Below are positions 48,896-62,285 of a stretch of 64,000 bases of DNA, piece after piece. The notes under the pieces were generated by a model. The model worked only from the letters and a program-made list of their open reading frames with translations. It searched no databases and was not told the DNA's origin. The position numbers were made by a program, and so were the translations under genes. Each line of letters opens with the position of its first letter. The first letter of the stretch is position 1. The DNA is from Chiloscyllium plagiosum (taxonomy: Eukaryota), in assembly GCF_004010195.1 (NCBI RefSeq), contig NC_057718.1:95623158-95687157 (forward strand). Reading direction: 5' to 3'.

Positions 48896-49589
48896 GGAAC
48901 ATAAAAGAACCAAAGGCATTGTCAGATAGGCCAGCTTCATGGAGAATTTTAAAATAAAGGAGGGCATAGAAATCTGAGCCAACTGCACAGAGTTTCAGAG
49001 TACTGGAACTTAACAGCTGAACGTCCAAGGCTGAGCAATGAGAATGAAGAATAATTGAGGAAAAGTCTTGTTTTTTTTAAGACCATTTGGGATGAGAAGC
49101 CAAGAGAGGGTCACAGGGCTGGAGAATCGCTTCAAGATGTAACAAAATGCCAATGTTGTACATGGATTGGAGGGACCGAGTGAAATTTGAGAGAGGGGTA
49201 GGGGGTGATGTGAGTGTGGCTGTATGTGCATGCTGTAGTGCTTTAGATTGTAAGAAAAGTGTGATAATTGCAGAAAATGCAAACCATACACAAAACATGC
49301 AATACATTTATGAGCATCCGTTGTACAGAAATCTCTCAAAACCATCATTGATCTTACCGCAATGCCATCTGTTCACGGCTGATAGCAATGTTGTGAAGTT
49401 CCAGCAGATGGTGCAATTGCACCCTTCCTATCACTGGTGAGGTAAAGGTAAACGTTCCCCTCTAATGTCAGTAATACAGTTTCAGTGTATAACACAAGCT
49501 GTGAAACTCAGAAATCACAAATTTTAGAGTGCTAATTGTGATGACTAAGTATATGATTTAGATTATTGCTGTAATTATTCTTTCATATC

Positions 49590-49778
49590 TTGTCTTTCCC
49601 CAATCAATTATCTGACCATTTATGTTATTGCTGCTTGTGGAAACTTGTTGTGTTCAAATTGGCTGCCGGGTTTTTTAATTCACATTACATCAGTGACTAC
49701 ACTCTGAAGAGTTCTTCATTGTTAATGAAGCACTTTGGGATAACCTGAGGTTGTGACAGGTGCTATATAAATGTAAGG
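49590..49778 (+). mobile_element. DeuSINE-type (AmnSINE1/SacSINE1-like) relic
   Basis: attgctgcttgtggaaacttgttgtgttcaaattggctgcc..cattacatcagtgactacact..gcactttggga..ggtgctatataaatg matches recalled Deu-domain and tail. Confidence 0.65.
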
Positions 49779-49804
49779 TCAAGCACTAATGTAACGTAGA
49801 CCTT

Positions 49805-50095
49805 TTCTTTAGCAAATTCATGGGATTAGGGCATCACTGGCTAGACCAGTTTTTATTGCCCAAGCCTAATTGCCGAGAGGGCTGTTCAGAGTTAACCACA
49901 TTGCTGTGGGTCTGGAGTCGCAAGTAGGTCAGACCAGGAGGTGGGCAGATTTCCTTCCCTAAGGGACAATAGACACATGGTCACTATCATTAGATTCTTT
50001 ATTGAATTCAAATTCCACCATCTGCCATTGTGGGATTTGAACCCAGGTCCCCAGAACATTAGCTGAGTTTCTGGATACCATTCGGTCATTGCCTC
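49805..50095 (-). mobile_element. SINE-B
   Basis: Same motifs as 12800-13130. Confidence 0.8.
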
Positions 50096-50204
50096 CCAGT
50101 TGGTTTATGTTGGATACTGACAATCTTTAAACTTTAATTCTTATTTACTACTTTATACTGAGAAGAACTGCAATGTTGAACTTTTAACTTATTTTTTAAT
50201 TTTG

Positions 50205-50853
50205 ACCACGGAACGAGGACATACCACAACCAAAAGGACTAGCCACACTACCATACATCAGGAGCATCTCGGAACTGACAGCCAGACTACTGCGACCCCT
50301 AGGACTCATAACGACACACAAACCAACAGCCACGCTCAGACAACAACTCACCAGAACGAAGGACCCGATACCCAACATGAGCAAAACTAATGTAGTGTAC
50401 AAAATACCATGCAAGGACTGCACAAAACACTATATAGGACAAACAGGAAGACAGCTAACAACCCGCATACATGAACATCAACTAGCCACGAAAAGACACG
50501 ACCAGCTATCCTTAGTAGCCACAAACGCAGACAACAAGCAACATGAATTCAACTGGGACAACACTACTATCATAGGGCAAGCCAGACAGAGAACAGCCAG
50601 GGAATTCCTAGAGGCATGGCATTCATCCACAAACTCCATCAACAAACACATCAACCTGGACCCAATATACCAACCATTACATCGGACAGCTGAAACTGAC
50701 AACCTGAAGCAGCAGGGACAGACCACTATAAACACCGGAGGAAACATCAAAGAAGCGCTTCGCAGGAGGCTCCCAAGCACTGATGATGTCGCCTAGCCAG
50801 GGGACGAATCGTTTGCAACAAAAACTTCCAGCTCGGCGAACAGAACCACAGCA
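50205..50853 (+). mobile_element. Penelope-like P3 3' fragment (GIY-YIG endonuclease and terminus)
   Basis: ORF 50377-50796 NVVYKIPCKDCTKHYIGQTGRQLTTRIHEH..REFLEAWHS; hammerhead-like motif 50777-50816. Confidence 0.9.
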
Positions 50854-52691
50854 ATTTTTACCTCAGATTTTGTGACTGGGTACCTAAGATGGCACAGGGA
50901 ATGGCGATTTTGTCCATTTTTCACTGTACTCCTGTATCCTTGTACTTGAGTACAGTAAAACCTAATTCTAATTCAATTTCTAACCTTCCAGCAGTAATTC
51001 CAAGTAGCTATTTTTACAATGTGAAAGTAGACAGTCAAACCATTCCACTTGTGTCGAAAGAGGAAGGCAATCTCGCTAAACTTGACCTTGTCCTAATCTA
51101 TATCGTACATATTCACACTAATAATTGGGATGAAATGATTCCTGCAAACCTGCCAATGCAAATCAGGAATACCACACCAATTCTAATGTGATTATGCGGC
51201 AGTTAATTCATATTGTTATAATATACAGCTGGGTACTTCTAAACATTGTAGAACTATTGAACCCAAATGTGTGTTCTATGATACTGTTTTCTAACTTGTA
51301 CTGTTGTTCAATATTTGCTGCTCCAAGTGGTTTTCCCACAGTTTTTGAGGTCAGCAAGTGATGACTCTCAGATCCTAGAAAAGTGCTCAAAGGATTGCAT
51401 TTCCTCTGTGCGCACGTGCTCTCACCCTGAAGCCAACATCACAGAAAGACAGGCTCTCTATCCGCCGCCCTACATAAAATCACGCCTGAATTCCGGCTGT
51501 TTCAGAGAATGGGGTCAGAACTCAAAAACTGTCCCATTTCTGAAAATGTTTCCATGAACTTCAGCCCAGCGCATTTGTTCAGGTAGTAGGGAGCCATTTT
51601 CAGGTAAACCCACAAGTACACTGTCTTTTCTAGCCTTCTTCATTGCGATTGCTTGTGGGTTTTGTGGGGAAGAAAACTCATCAAGAGTTTTTGTGTTTCT
51701 TTTCATGTCTTTTTATGGCATAAACCAAATTAAAACCAGAGAACCTACGCTGATAGCAGATTCATGAATGCGTTGTGTTTGATTTGCATGGATAATAGGA
51801 AGAGGTTGAAGCGAAAACAAAGGGTTAAAGTCCTCTTGCAATGCGGCCCCAGATCCACAGCAATGTGGTTGACTGGGAGCAACTTTCTTGGTAATTAGGG
51901 ATGTGCAATCAATGCTGGCCTAGCCAGTGAGGCCCACATCCCGGGAATGAATTTTTTAAAAAAATCCCTGTTGTGTGACACACTCTGGGATGGGCATTTC
52001 ACATTTTCAGCAGGAGTAGGGGGATTTTGTCTAAGCCGGCCTGGCCACTTCAGGTTCGTGAATCAAGTGGCAGGCGGCCAGTTATTGAGGACCAGGAGAA
52101 CTGGGAGCAGGAGTAGACCATTCAGCTCCTCGGGCCTGCTCTGCTGTTCAATGCGATCATGCCTGATCTCATCTCGCCTCAACTCCACTTTCCTGCTTGC
52201 CCCCCTTTACCCTTTGACCCATTGAAAACATCTATCTCTTGTTTAAATTTATTCCGTGTCCCAGCGATCATTGTCCGTCTGGTGAGAATGTTTCTTTTAT
52301 TCATTTGTGGGATGAGCATGTCCCTAACATGCAATACAATATGTTGACTATTTACGAATGAATCTGCTGCACCTTTTGTTGCTCAACTTTAAATTAGAAT
52401 CTAGATGAAGAGCAGGAAGGATCTTAAAGCAGCAGACTAACAGCAGATGGTGCCACTGCCCAGGAGGTGAAAATCTGTAAAGGAATGTTTCACGGTACAC
52501 ACAGCATAAACTGTGGCACAGATGTATTTGTTCAATTTTCACAATCATGGGGTGGATGAACACACAATAGATGCTCTATTAACAAGCAAGACGCTATTGC
52601 AAGGCACTGTACTGCACACTAGTAAAACATTGAGCTATTTCTATTGTTCCTTCATCATCCATATATTTCCTCATAAAGTCTGGGAATTTAC

Positions 52692-52754
52692 CTGAGGTGA
52701 ACAGCAGCTTGACTGCAAGGTAAGGAGGAATCGTAGTGGAAAGCATCCTCACAT
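52692..52754 (-). CDS. Candidate internal exon (63 nt, xCEDAFHYDSSLPCSQAAVHLR in phase 2-2)
   Basis: Acceptor ccttccatgccctctattcccag|, donor cag|gtaaat; phase compatible with exon 45478-45325. Confidence 0.45.
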
Positions 52755-53466
52755 CTGGGAATAGAGGGCATGGAAGGAACCGTGGCCAAAAATGTTGAGA
52801 TAAATAATGTAAAAACTTAAGAAACTCATAAGAGGCAAACATTCCACTAAATCTGTTCTATCCACAGCACAATAGTATTTTAAAAATTAAGTCACAGGAT
52901 GTGGGCTTCGCTGGCTGGGGCAGCATTTATTGCCTGTCCCTAATAGCCCTTGGGAAGGTGATGGTGAGTCACCTTCCTGTGCTACTGCAGACTGTGGGGT
53001 GGAGGTAAACCCACAGTGGGATTTCCAGCATTTTGACCAAGCGACAGTGATGAAGAGACAATGTAGTTTCAAATCCGGGTCAATCCATCATCAACTTTAC
53101 TTCAGCATTCTCAGATCCTGTGGGAAGGATCTCTGTGAAGTAACCTGCATCCCTCAAGGCTTTAAGCAACTTCCAAAGTATCTGTTTGAACTAGAATTCC
53201 TGTTAATCAATCCTGGCCAGATGTGCTTCATGCAAAACAACCTGACAGGCTATTGATTATTTGGATAAATCATTGCTCTGTATGCCTGTTGTGACGTACT
53301 GCTGACATGCACATTATTGGTCAGCGGAATAAATAACATTAGCTTGGTAATAGTTGCAGTTTTAATATTTAACCAAATTTAGATCATCTGAAGGGTAAGT
53401 TACAGTCTAATGCATTTGCTACACAAAGCTATTTCTTAAAGAAAAGATTATGTTCTGTAGTTCAAA

Positions 53467-55858
53467 GTCAAGTCACATGACACCAGGTTATAGAGCAACA
53501 GGTTTATTTGAAATCACAAGCTTTCGGTGCACTGCTCCTTCGTCAGGTATAGTGAGAGAGAAGAGCACACAGACACAAAACTTATAGACGGAGAGATCAA
53601 GAGCAGAGAGATCAAAAGATCAAACAACTGGTGTGAGTGAAGTGTCGAATGATAAGTCCCTCAGTCTCCACTTCTCACCTTCAAACAATGGCCAAACCTT
53701 AAACAGACCATCGTTCGCAGCAAACTACCCAGCCTTCAGGACAATCTCGACTATAACACCACACAACCCTGCCATGGCAACTTCTGCAAGACATCGACAT
53801 GGACACTACCACCACACGTGAGAACACCACCCACTACATGCACAGCAGAGACTCATGTCATTCATCCAATGTCGTCTATCTCAGATGCTGCGGGCAAGGA
53901 TGCCCTGAGACACGGTATATTGGCGAGACCATGCAGATGCTACGACAACGGATGAATGGACTCAGCACAACAATCGCCAGACAGGGATGTTCCCTCCTAT
54001 CCGGGGAACACTTCAGTGGTCAAAGGCATTCAGTGTCCGATCTTCAGGTAAGCATCCTCCAAGGTAGACTTCGAGATACACAACAACACAGAATCAACAT
54101 GCAGAAACTGATAGCCATGCTCTGTAGCCATGAAGATGATCTCAGGTTCATGTCATACTATGTGTGACCCCACTACACCGTTCTGTATTTGTAAAATCTT
54201 CCAGGTAAAAACAAGGACTGCAGATGCTGGAAACCAGAGTCTAAATTAGAGTGGTGCTGGAAAAGCACAGCAGGTCAGGCAGCATCCGAGGAGCAGGAAA
54301 ATTGATGTTTCGGGCAAAAGCCCTTCATCAGGAATAGAGGCAGAGTGCCTGCAGGGTGGAGAGATAAACAAGAGGGGGGTGGGATTGGGGAGAAAGTAGC
54401 ATAGAGTACAATAGGTGAATGGGGGTGGAGGTGATAGGTCAGAGAGGAGGGTGGAGTGAATAGGTGGAAAGGAAGCTAAGCAGGTAGGACAGGTCATGAG
54501 GGCGGTGCTGAGCTGGAAGGCTGGAGCTGGGGTGAGGTGGAGGGAGGGAATAGAGGAAACTGGTGAAATCCACATTGATGCCATGGGGTTGAAGTGTTCT
54601 GAGGTGGAAGATGAGGCATTCTTCCTCCAGGTGTTGGGTGGTGAGGGAGCGGCGGTGAAGGAGGCCCAGGACCTCCATGTCCTTGGCAGAGTGGGAGGAG
54701 GAGTTGAAATGTTGGGCCACAGGGTAGTGGGGTTGATTGGTGCGGGTGTCCCGGAGATGTTCCCTAAAACGCTCTGCTAGGAGGCGTCCAGTCTCCCCAA
54801 TGTAGAGGAGACCGCATCGGGGGCAATGGATACAATAAATGATATTGGTGGATGTGCAGGTAAAACTTTGATGGATGTGGAAGGCTCCTTTGGGGCCTTG
54901 GATGGAGGTGAGGGAGGAGGTGTGGGCACAGGGTTTTCAATTCCTGCGGTGGCAGGGGAGGGTGCCAGGAAGGGAGGGTGGGTTGTTGGGGGACGTGGAC
55001 CTAACCAGGTAGTCACGGAGTGAACTGTCTTTGCGGAAGGTGGAAAGGGGTGGGGAGGGAAATATATCCCTGGTTTTGGGGTCCGTTATGAGGTGACGGA
55101 AATGTCTTCGGATGATTTGGTTTATGCGAAGGTTGGTAGGGTGGAAGGTGAGCACCAGGGGGATTCTGTCCTTGTTACGGTTGGAGGGGTGGGGTTTGAG
55201 GGCGGAGGGCGTGATGTGGATGAGATGCATTGGAGGGCATTTTTAACCACATGGGAAGGGAAATTGCGGTCTCTAAAGAAGGAGGCCATCTGGTGTGTTC
55301 TGTGGTGGAACTGGTAAACTGGATCTGTAAAATCTTCCTTCCTGACCTGTTTGACACCTTCACCTTGATAAATTGTTATGATCTCTCTATCTTCATTAGT
55401 TTGTACAGTTTTGGGTTACTTCATACTTTGGTTAGACCCTCAACATGTGACTCTTATGTCTAATATTTTATTCCAGGTGTTTAGTTTGTCTCCAGCACCA
55501 CTTTATTCTAATTTTTTTAGATTATCTCTCTGCCTCATTGAATCAGATTATAGGTCATCTGTTTGCTTGTTATTCAGCTGTTAACAATTTACTTACACTG
55601 TCTAACACTGTTGGTCACCTGCAGCGACTAATTATTCGACGCTCCACTCACACCAGCTGTATGATTTTCTGATCTCTCTGCCCTTGCTCTCTCTGCCTGT
55701 TAGTTCTGTGTCTGTGTTCACTTCTCTCTCACTACTCCTGACGAAGGGCTCCGAAAGCTTGTGATTTCAAATATAACCTGTTGGACTATAACTTGGTGTC
55801 GTGTGAATTCTGACTTTGTCCATCCCAGTCCAACACCGGCACCTCAGAGACCATGTTC
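53467..55858 (+). mobile_element. Penelope-like P2 element: inverted 5' terminus (53467-53655), GIY-YIG remnant, 3' terminus; hosts a nested P1
   Basis: ORF 53799-54167 SSNVVYL..C.QGCPE.RYIGETMQ.LRQRMN; TSD tagttcaaa 53458-53466 and 55859-55867. Confidence 0.85.
54203..55325 (-). mobile_element. Penelope-like P1 element, 5'-truncated, GIY-YIG domain
   Basis: Minus strand IIYCIHCPRCGLLYIGETGRLLAERFREHL; TSD tgtaaaatcttcc 54190-54202 and 55326-55338. Confidence 0.9.
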
Positions 55859-57279
55859 TAGTTCAAACTGTGTTGCTGGATGAAATGGAAACCCACTGTA
55901 GGATTCAAGCACTTTGCAACTTCAACAAATGGCAGTTGTGGAATTGTGTTTGCAGATGAATCAAGGTAGAGTGCGTGGTGCAGAGTACCTCTACCTCAGA
56001 ATAAGATGATTATAGATTTTGGATAAACCCATATGAGGTTGGAAACACTAAATTGTGCATTGCATTTCCAAACAGGGTTGATTTTTACCACAGTTGGGGA
56101 ATGGGTGATCCGATAAATAATGATGGTGAACCACCAGTTACAGAAACATAGGTCTCATTGCCCTTCTGTTGGAGAGGACTGCAGGGATCAAATGGGTGGC
56201 ACACACAAGAGCCTGACAGGTCCTTAAAGGCCAGTTGCCAATCCCTGGGCTATCCTGCACCTTTGAAGGGAAGGACATTCAATGGGTTGCCTGGCCTCAG
56301 ACAGGTCTTCAATGACATTCCGAGGACAGGTTTTTGAGTTCTGAGGAAGGGTCACTGGACTCTGATTTCCCTCCACAGATGTTGCCAGACCCACTGAGCT
56401 CTTCCAGCAATTTCTATCTTTCCTTCAGTGATGGAGCCTGGTGGAGTTCTTCCCACCCATTAGAAAAAGGTGGAGCTTTGATGTATGGTCTCCTTGACTT
56501 GGCTTTGAGATTCAAACTGAACCATGGAAAGGGGAAGTGCGTCCCTTAGAGATTACTGGATCTTGCTTTTGAAGTCAGCAGCGGCAAAGTCCAAGCCAAA
56601 TTTTCGGCGATTTTAACTTGCGTTCACATCTGCTAGAAGTACGACCAGCCAAAAATTAGATCTGAGTTCACCAAAACATGTTTGCGAACGGAGTGCCACA
56701 TTAGTGAGAATGATGTCTTACAGTGTGTCATTCTGAATTAATGTTACCCTACTGACTTATTGTTTGCTATTTACTGTAATTAACACTGTAAGTCTGATGT
56801 GATCTATTGTTGTTTAAATGATATTGCATAGCTAAATAACCACCCACAAGAATCAGGACACTAATCACTTGAGGATTTTTGAACTGCAGTGATATTTCTA
56901 CAATGTAATGACAGTAACAATTTAGGCCTGAATGTTTGACAAGATGTCACAAATAAATATGATTTGTACTCTGTGCATTTTTGGTTGTCTGTAATGAAAA
57001 CTAACACCTGCCAGCACTTAGATTTTATTGGTGATATAGCAGTACTGAGCGTGACTGAGATGGTATATAGGATGGAGGCAAAATTAAACTCACAGCTGCT
57101 ACTTATCCAGAATAGATTCTGTGTTAGAATTCTGGTTCCTGCATTGTGAACAGCGTTGGAAGAGTACCATCTTGGTTCAAGAGACATTCGGTCTTCCAGG
57201 TTGCGTGCCTGAAAACAGGTTTTCCTTCTGTAAATATCATCATAGTTCCCCTGTCGTACAGAAGAAAAATTTACCTGGG

Positions 57280-57720
57280 CTGGAGTGTTTTAGTTAGGAA
57301 GAGAGATTGGATACACTGGTATTGTTTTCCTTGTAGCAGAGGAAATGGAGAGGTGGACATGACTGTGATATGTAAAATCATGAGGGGCATAGGTAGGGTA
57401 GGAAAGGAATGTTGAGTGGAGAGATCAATGACCAAAGGGCATAGACTTAAGGTAAAGACCAGAAGTTTTAGATGTTGAGAGGAAATTCTTTTTTCACCCA
57501 GAGGATGGTGGCAATGTGGAACTCACTGCCTGTAAGAGTGGTGGAGACCTTCATTGTATTTAAGAAGTACTTCGATGTACACTTGTGATGCCAAGGCATG
57601 CAATGCTATGGGCCAAATTCTGGAAAGTGAGATTAGACTGGTTAGGTGCTTGATTTTGTTTGGTGCAGAATCAATGGATGAAGAAGCCTTTTTCTGTACG
57701 GTAGACTTCTATTACTTAAT
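57280..57720 (+). mobile_element. Old CR1 3' fragment
   Basis: ttttcacccagaggatggtg..tggaactcactgcctg. Confidence 0.7.
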
Positions 57721-58037
57721 GACACTCTGTTTTAGAAAGAGACAATTGCTTATAGATGTAGGGTATCGCTCTACACTAAGTCTGGCTGATCTGGATCATA
57801 CTAGCTATTACTGACTTCCATGGACATGTTTGACTTGATTTGATTTATTATTGTCATATGTCACATCTCAAGCACAGGTGCTGGTATATAACAGATATAA
57901 TATCAGCTCCATGCATTCCACTGTCAAGCTGATCAGCAGTTTTCCAAGTATGAATTGAGACTTTCCATGTGGTGTGATAAAAAATTCTATTTACAGTGTT
58001 TTATAAATGTTTTATTTGCTAGGTGACAGCGTTGTTT

Positions 58038-59450
58038 AGGGCAGCATAGTGGCTCAGTGGTTAACATTGCTGCCTTACAGTATCAGCGATCTGGATTCAA
58101 CTCCATCCTCAGGAGACGGTCGGTATGGAATTTGCACATCCTCCCCATATCTGTGTGGGTTTCCTCCAACTGGTCTGGCTTCCTCCCACAGTCCAAAGGT
58201 GTGCAGGTTAATGTCTCTCTGACAGCTATCTGGATCCCTCTCACAAACTGCCTTTCTACCTATTTTAGTGTCATCTCCAAATCTGGGTATAACACATTTA
58301 CTTCCTTCCTTCAAGTCATAAATATATTTAGTAAAGCGTTGTAGTCCCAGAACTGATCCCTGTGGAACCCCACTGGTTACAAGTTGCCAACCTGAGAAAG
58401 AGACTCTTATCCCCAGCCATTGTTTCCTGCCCATGAGCCAGTTCTCTAACCATGCCAATATACTATCTCCAACGCTGTGACCTCTTATTGTATGCCTTAA
58501 CCTTTTGTGAGGTACCTTGTTGAACACCTTCTGGAAGTCCAACAATAACAACACATCTACTGGCTCCCCTCTATCCTCTCTGGTTGAGACTTCCTTAAGA
58601 AACTCTAATAACTTAGTCAGACACGAATTCTCTTTCGTGAAGCAATGTTAACTCACTTTGATTAGATCATGATTTTCCAGATGTTCTGCTATTACTTCCT
58701 TAATAAGTGATTCCAATATTTTACAACAATAGATGTTCAGCTAATCAGCTTATGGTTATTCACTTTTTGCCTCCCTTTCTTTTTGACTAGGGGGCGTCCC
58801 ATTAGCAGTTTTCCAATCCTGTGGTACTTATTCCAGAATCCAATGATATTTGGAAAATTACAACCAATACATCTCTGTAGCTCCCTCTTTTAGGATCCTA
58901 GCATGCAAGTCCTAGGGCAAGCAGACGTACCTGCCTTTAGTCTTGTTAATTTGTCTAATACGACTTGAGGGATGGTGATGGTACTTTCTTCTCTCCCCTT
59001 CTTCTTTAGTGTTAATGGAATGTTTGAAGTTCTTCCATCGTAAAGGCTGATGCAAAATATCCTGTTTAACTCCTCTATCACTTCCTTGTTTCGCAAAACC
59101 ATCTCCTCAGATTCATTTTCTAAGGGGCTGATATCCACTTTGACGTCTCTCTTCCTTTTTAAAATAGCTCTTATTGTCAGTTTTTATATTCCTCTCTGAT
59201 TTGCCCTCATAGTTTATTTTCTGTATCTGTATTATCTTTTAGGTTCTTTGCTGGATTTTGATTTTTTTGAGGCTATTGCTGAATTTCGCATCCTTATATA
59301 CTTTTTCTTTCATCATAATTCTCCCCTTAACTTCTTTAGTTAGCCATGGTTGGTTTATCCCACTGTTAGAATCTTTCCTACTTACTGGGATGTATTTTTA
59401 GTGAGAGGCATTAATTTCCTCCTTAAATGTCTACCATTGCTTGCTTACTG
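58038..59450 (-). mobile_element. Degenerate CR1 ORF2 fragment (58210-59450, minus) abutting a HE1 5' half (58038-58210, plus)
   Basis: ORF 58075-58554 [30 protein letters not shown]. Confidence 0.85.
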
Positions 59451-60047
59451 AGGTAATTTAATATGAAGCTCTATTGTCAACTTTGTCTTGATTTGCTTAT
59501 ATGCCATGGAATTTATAATCTTGAACTGGGATAACTTACTAAGTACTCGCAAAAGTTGGTTCAGAAGAAAGCTCAATATCACAAGTCAGTTTTTTTCTCT
59601 ACTTTGGGTTCTGCAATTGTTATCGATGCTCCATTTATAGTCCCACTACAAGTGATTGGGTTTCTTTTTTGTTAGGAAAATTCTTAGGAACACTTATTGT
59701 TTTGTGTTAACAACTAAAATATCATGTTCTCTGAATGGAACGGTATGATTTGTTGGAACTAGAAGCTGACCTCGTGATAACTTATCTAATTTCCAGATCT
59801 CTTTTGGTCTCTCACTCATGGTTGATCCAAAAGGGTATCTTACAGTCAAACCTAAGATAAGAACCTGCAAATAGACGTGCAATTATGTGATGCATTCATT
59901 TCAGCTATTTATGTATCTCAGAAGTTTAATTACATCTTAACGGAATCCTTTGAGTTTGGCCTATAGCATTATAAAATAATGCAACACAGGAGAAGAATGT
60001 ACATTTTATTATGTTAACTTCTTGAACACATCTCTTCCAGACTGAAT

Positions 60048-60370
60048 CATTAGATTAGGTTCCCTACAGTATGGAAACAGGCCCTTTGGCCCAACAGGTC
60101 CACACTGACCCTCCAAAGAGTAACCAACCCAGACACATGCCCCTACATTTACCCCTGACTAATGCACCTAACACTATGGACAATTTAGCATGACTAATTC
60201 ACCTAACATGCACATCTTTGGATTGTGGGAAAAAACTGGAGCACCCAGAGGAAACTCACACAGTCACAGGGTGAATGTGCAAACTCCATACTGACAGTTA
60301 CCCGAGGCAGGAATTGAACCCAGGTCCCTGGTGCTGTGAGGCAACAGTGCTAACCACTGAGTCACCGTGC
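60048..60370 (-). mobile_element. HE1 SINE
   Basis: Full head, V-domain, tail. Confidence 0.9.
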
Positions 60371-60371
60371 T

Positions 60372-62285
60372 CAGTTAGGGGGCTTGAGAGTTATAAATTA
60401 GCCAGAAAAGATCGAAAGAGAGGGCTAAGAAGAGCAAGGACAGGGCATGAGAAGTTTTTGGCAGATAGGATCAAGGAAAATCCTAAGGCCTTCTATAGGT
60501 ATATCAGGAATAAAACAATGACTAGAGTAAGATTAGGGCCAATCGATGATAGTTGTGGGAAGTTTTGTGTGGAATTTGAGGACGTGGGGAAGCACTTAAT
60601 AAACACTTTTTATCAGTATTCACACTGGAAAAGGGCAATGTTTGTGAGAATATAGAGATATGGGCTACTAGATTAGATGGGCTTGCGGTTGACAAAGAGG
60701 ACATTTTAGAAATTTTGGAAGATCTGAAAATAGATAAGACCCCTGAGCCAGATGGGATTTATCCTCGGATTCTCTGGGAAGCCAGAGAGGAGATTGCAAA
60801 GCCTTTAGCTTTGATCTTTATTTCTCTTTGTCAACAGGAGTAGTGCCAGAAGACTGGAGGATAGCAAATGTTGTTCCCTTGTTTAAGAAAGGGAGTACGA
60901 ACAACCCTGGTAATTGTAGGCCAGTGAGCCTTACTTCGGTTGTGGCTAAGGTGTTGGAAATGGTTATAAGAGATAGGATTTATAATCAACTGGAAAGGAA
61001 TAACTTGATTAGAGATAGTCAACACGGTTTTGAGAAGGTTAGGTTGTGCCTCACTAACCTTATGGAGTTCTTTAAAAAGGTGACAAAACAGATGGATGAA
61101 GGTAAAGTGGTTGATGTGGTGTATATGGACTTCAGTAAGGTGGTTGATAAGGTTCCACACAGTAGACTATTGCACAAGATACAGCGTTTCGGGATTGAAG
61201 GTGATTTAGCGGTTTGGATCAGAAATTGGCTCGCTGAAAGAAGACAGAGGGTGGTGGTTGATGGGAAATGTTCATCCTGGAGCTCAGTTACCAGTGGTGT
61301 GCCGCAAGGATCTGTTTTGGGGCCACTGCTGTTTGTCATTTTTATAAATGATCTGGATGTGGCTGTAGAAGGATATGTTAGTAAATTTGCGGATGACGCC
61401 AAGGTCGGCAAAGTTGTGGATAGTGCCGAAGGATGTTATTGGTTACAGAGGGACATGGATAAGATGCAGAGCTCGGCTGAGAAGTGGCAAATGGAGTTTA
61501 CTGCGGTAAATTGTGAGGTACTTAACTTTAGAAAAAGTAACTAGAATGCTGAGTACTGGGCTAATGGTAAAATTCTTGGCAGCTTAGATAAACGAGAGAT
61601 CTCGGTGTCCTGGTGCATTAGTCCCTGAAAGTTGCTACCCAGGTTGATAGGATTGTTAAGAAGGCATATGGTGTGTTGGCATTTATTGGTAGGGGGATTG
61701 AGTTTTGGAGCCACAAGGTCATGCTTCAGCTGTACAAGACTCTGGTAAGGCTGCTCCTGGAGTATTGCGTACAGTTCTGGTCACCGCATTATGTGGAAGG
61801 ATGTGGAAGCTTTGGAAAAGATTCAGAGGAGATTTACTAGGATGTTGCCTCATATGGAAAGAAGGTCCTATGAGGAATGGCTGAGGGAGCTGAGGCTGTT
61901 TTCGTTGGAGAGAAGAAGGTTGAGAGGTGACTTAATCAAGATGTAGATGATAATTGGATGGTAATATAGGGGGGACAGTGAGAGCCTTTTTCCTTGGATG
62001 GTCAAGGTTAACACGAGGGGGACATAGCTTTAAATTGAGGGGTGATAGATTTAGGGAAGATATCAGGGATAGTTTCTTTACTCAGAGAGTGGCAGGGGCG
62101 TGGAACAGCCTGCCTGCAACAGTAGTAGACTCGCCAACGTTAAGGGCATTTAAATGGGCATTGGACATATATATGGATAATAATGGAACGGTGTAGGTTA
62201 GATGGGCATCAGATTATTTTCACAGATTGGTGCAACATCGAAGGCCGAAGGGCCTATACCGCGCTGTAACAGTCTATGTTCTATG
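60372..62285 (+). mobile_element. CR1/HER1 LINE, 5'-truncated degenerate ORF2
   Basis: IKENPKAFYRYI; ORF 60828-61544 RT core ([25 protein letters not shown]); tail gtctatgttctatg. Confidence 0.95.

Noticed and set aside
51515..51706. 63-aa minus-strand ORF MKRNTKTLDEFSSP..
   Set aside because: No recognisable domain or supporting splice signals
61019..61411. Antisense ORFs over CR1 RT (also 331-678, 24956-25321, 25499-26014)
   Set aside because: Shadow frames of LINE coding sequence
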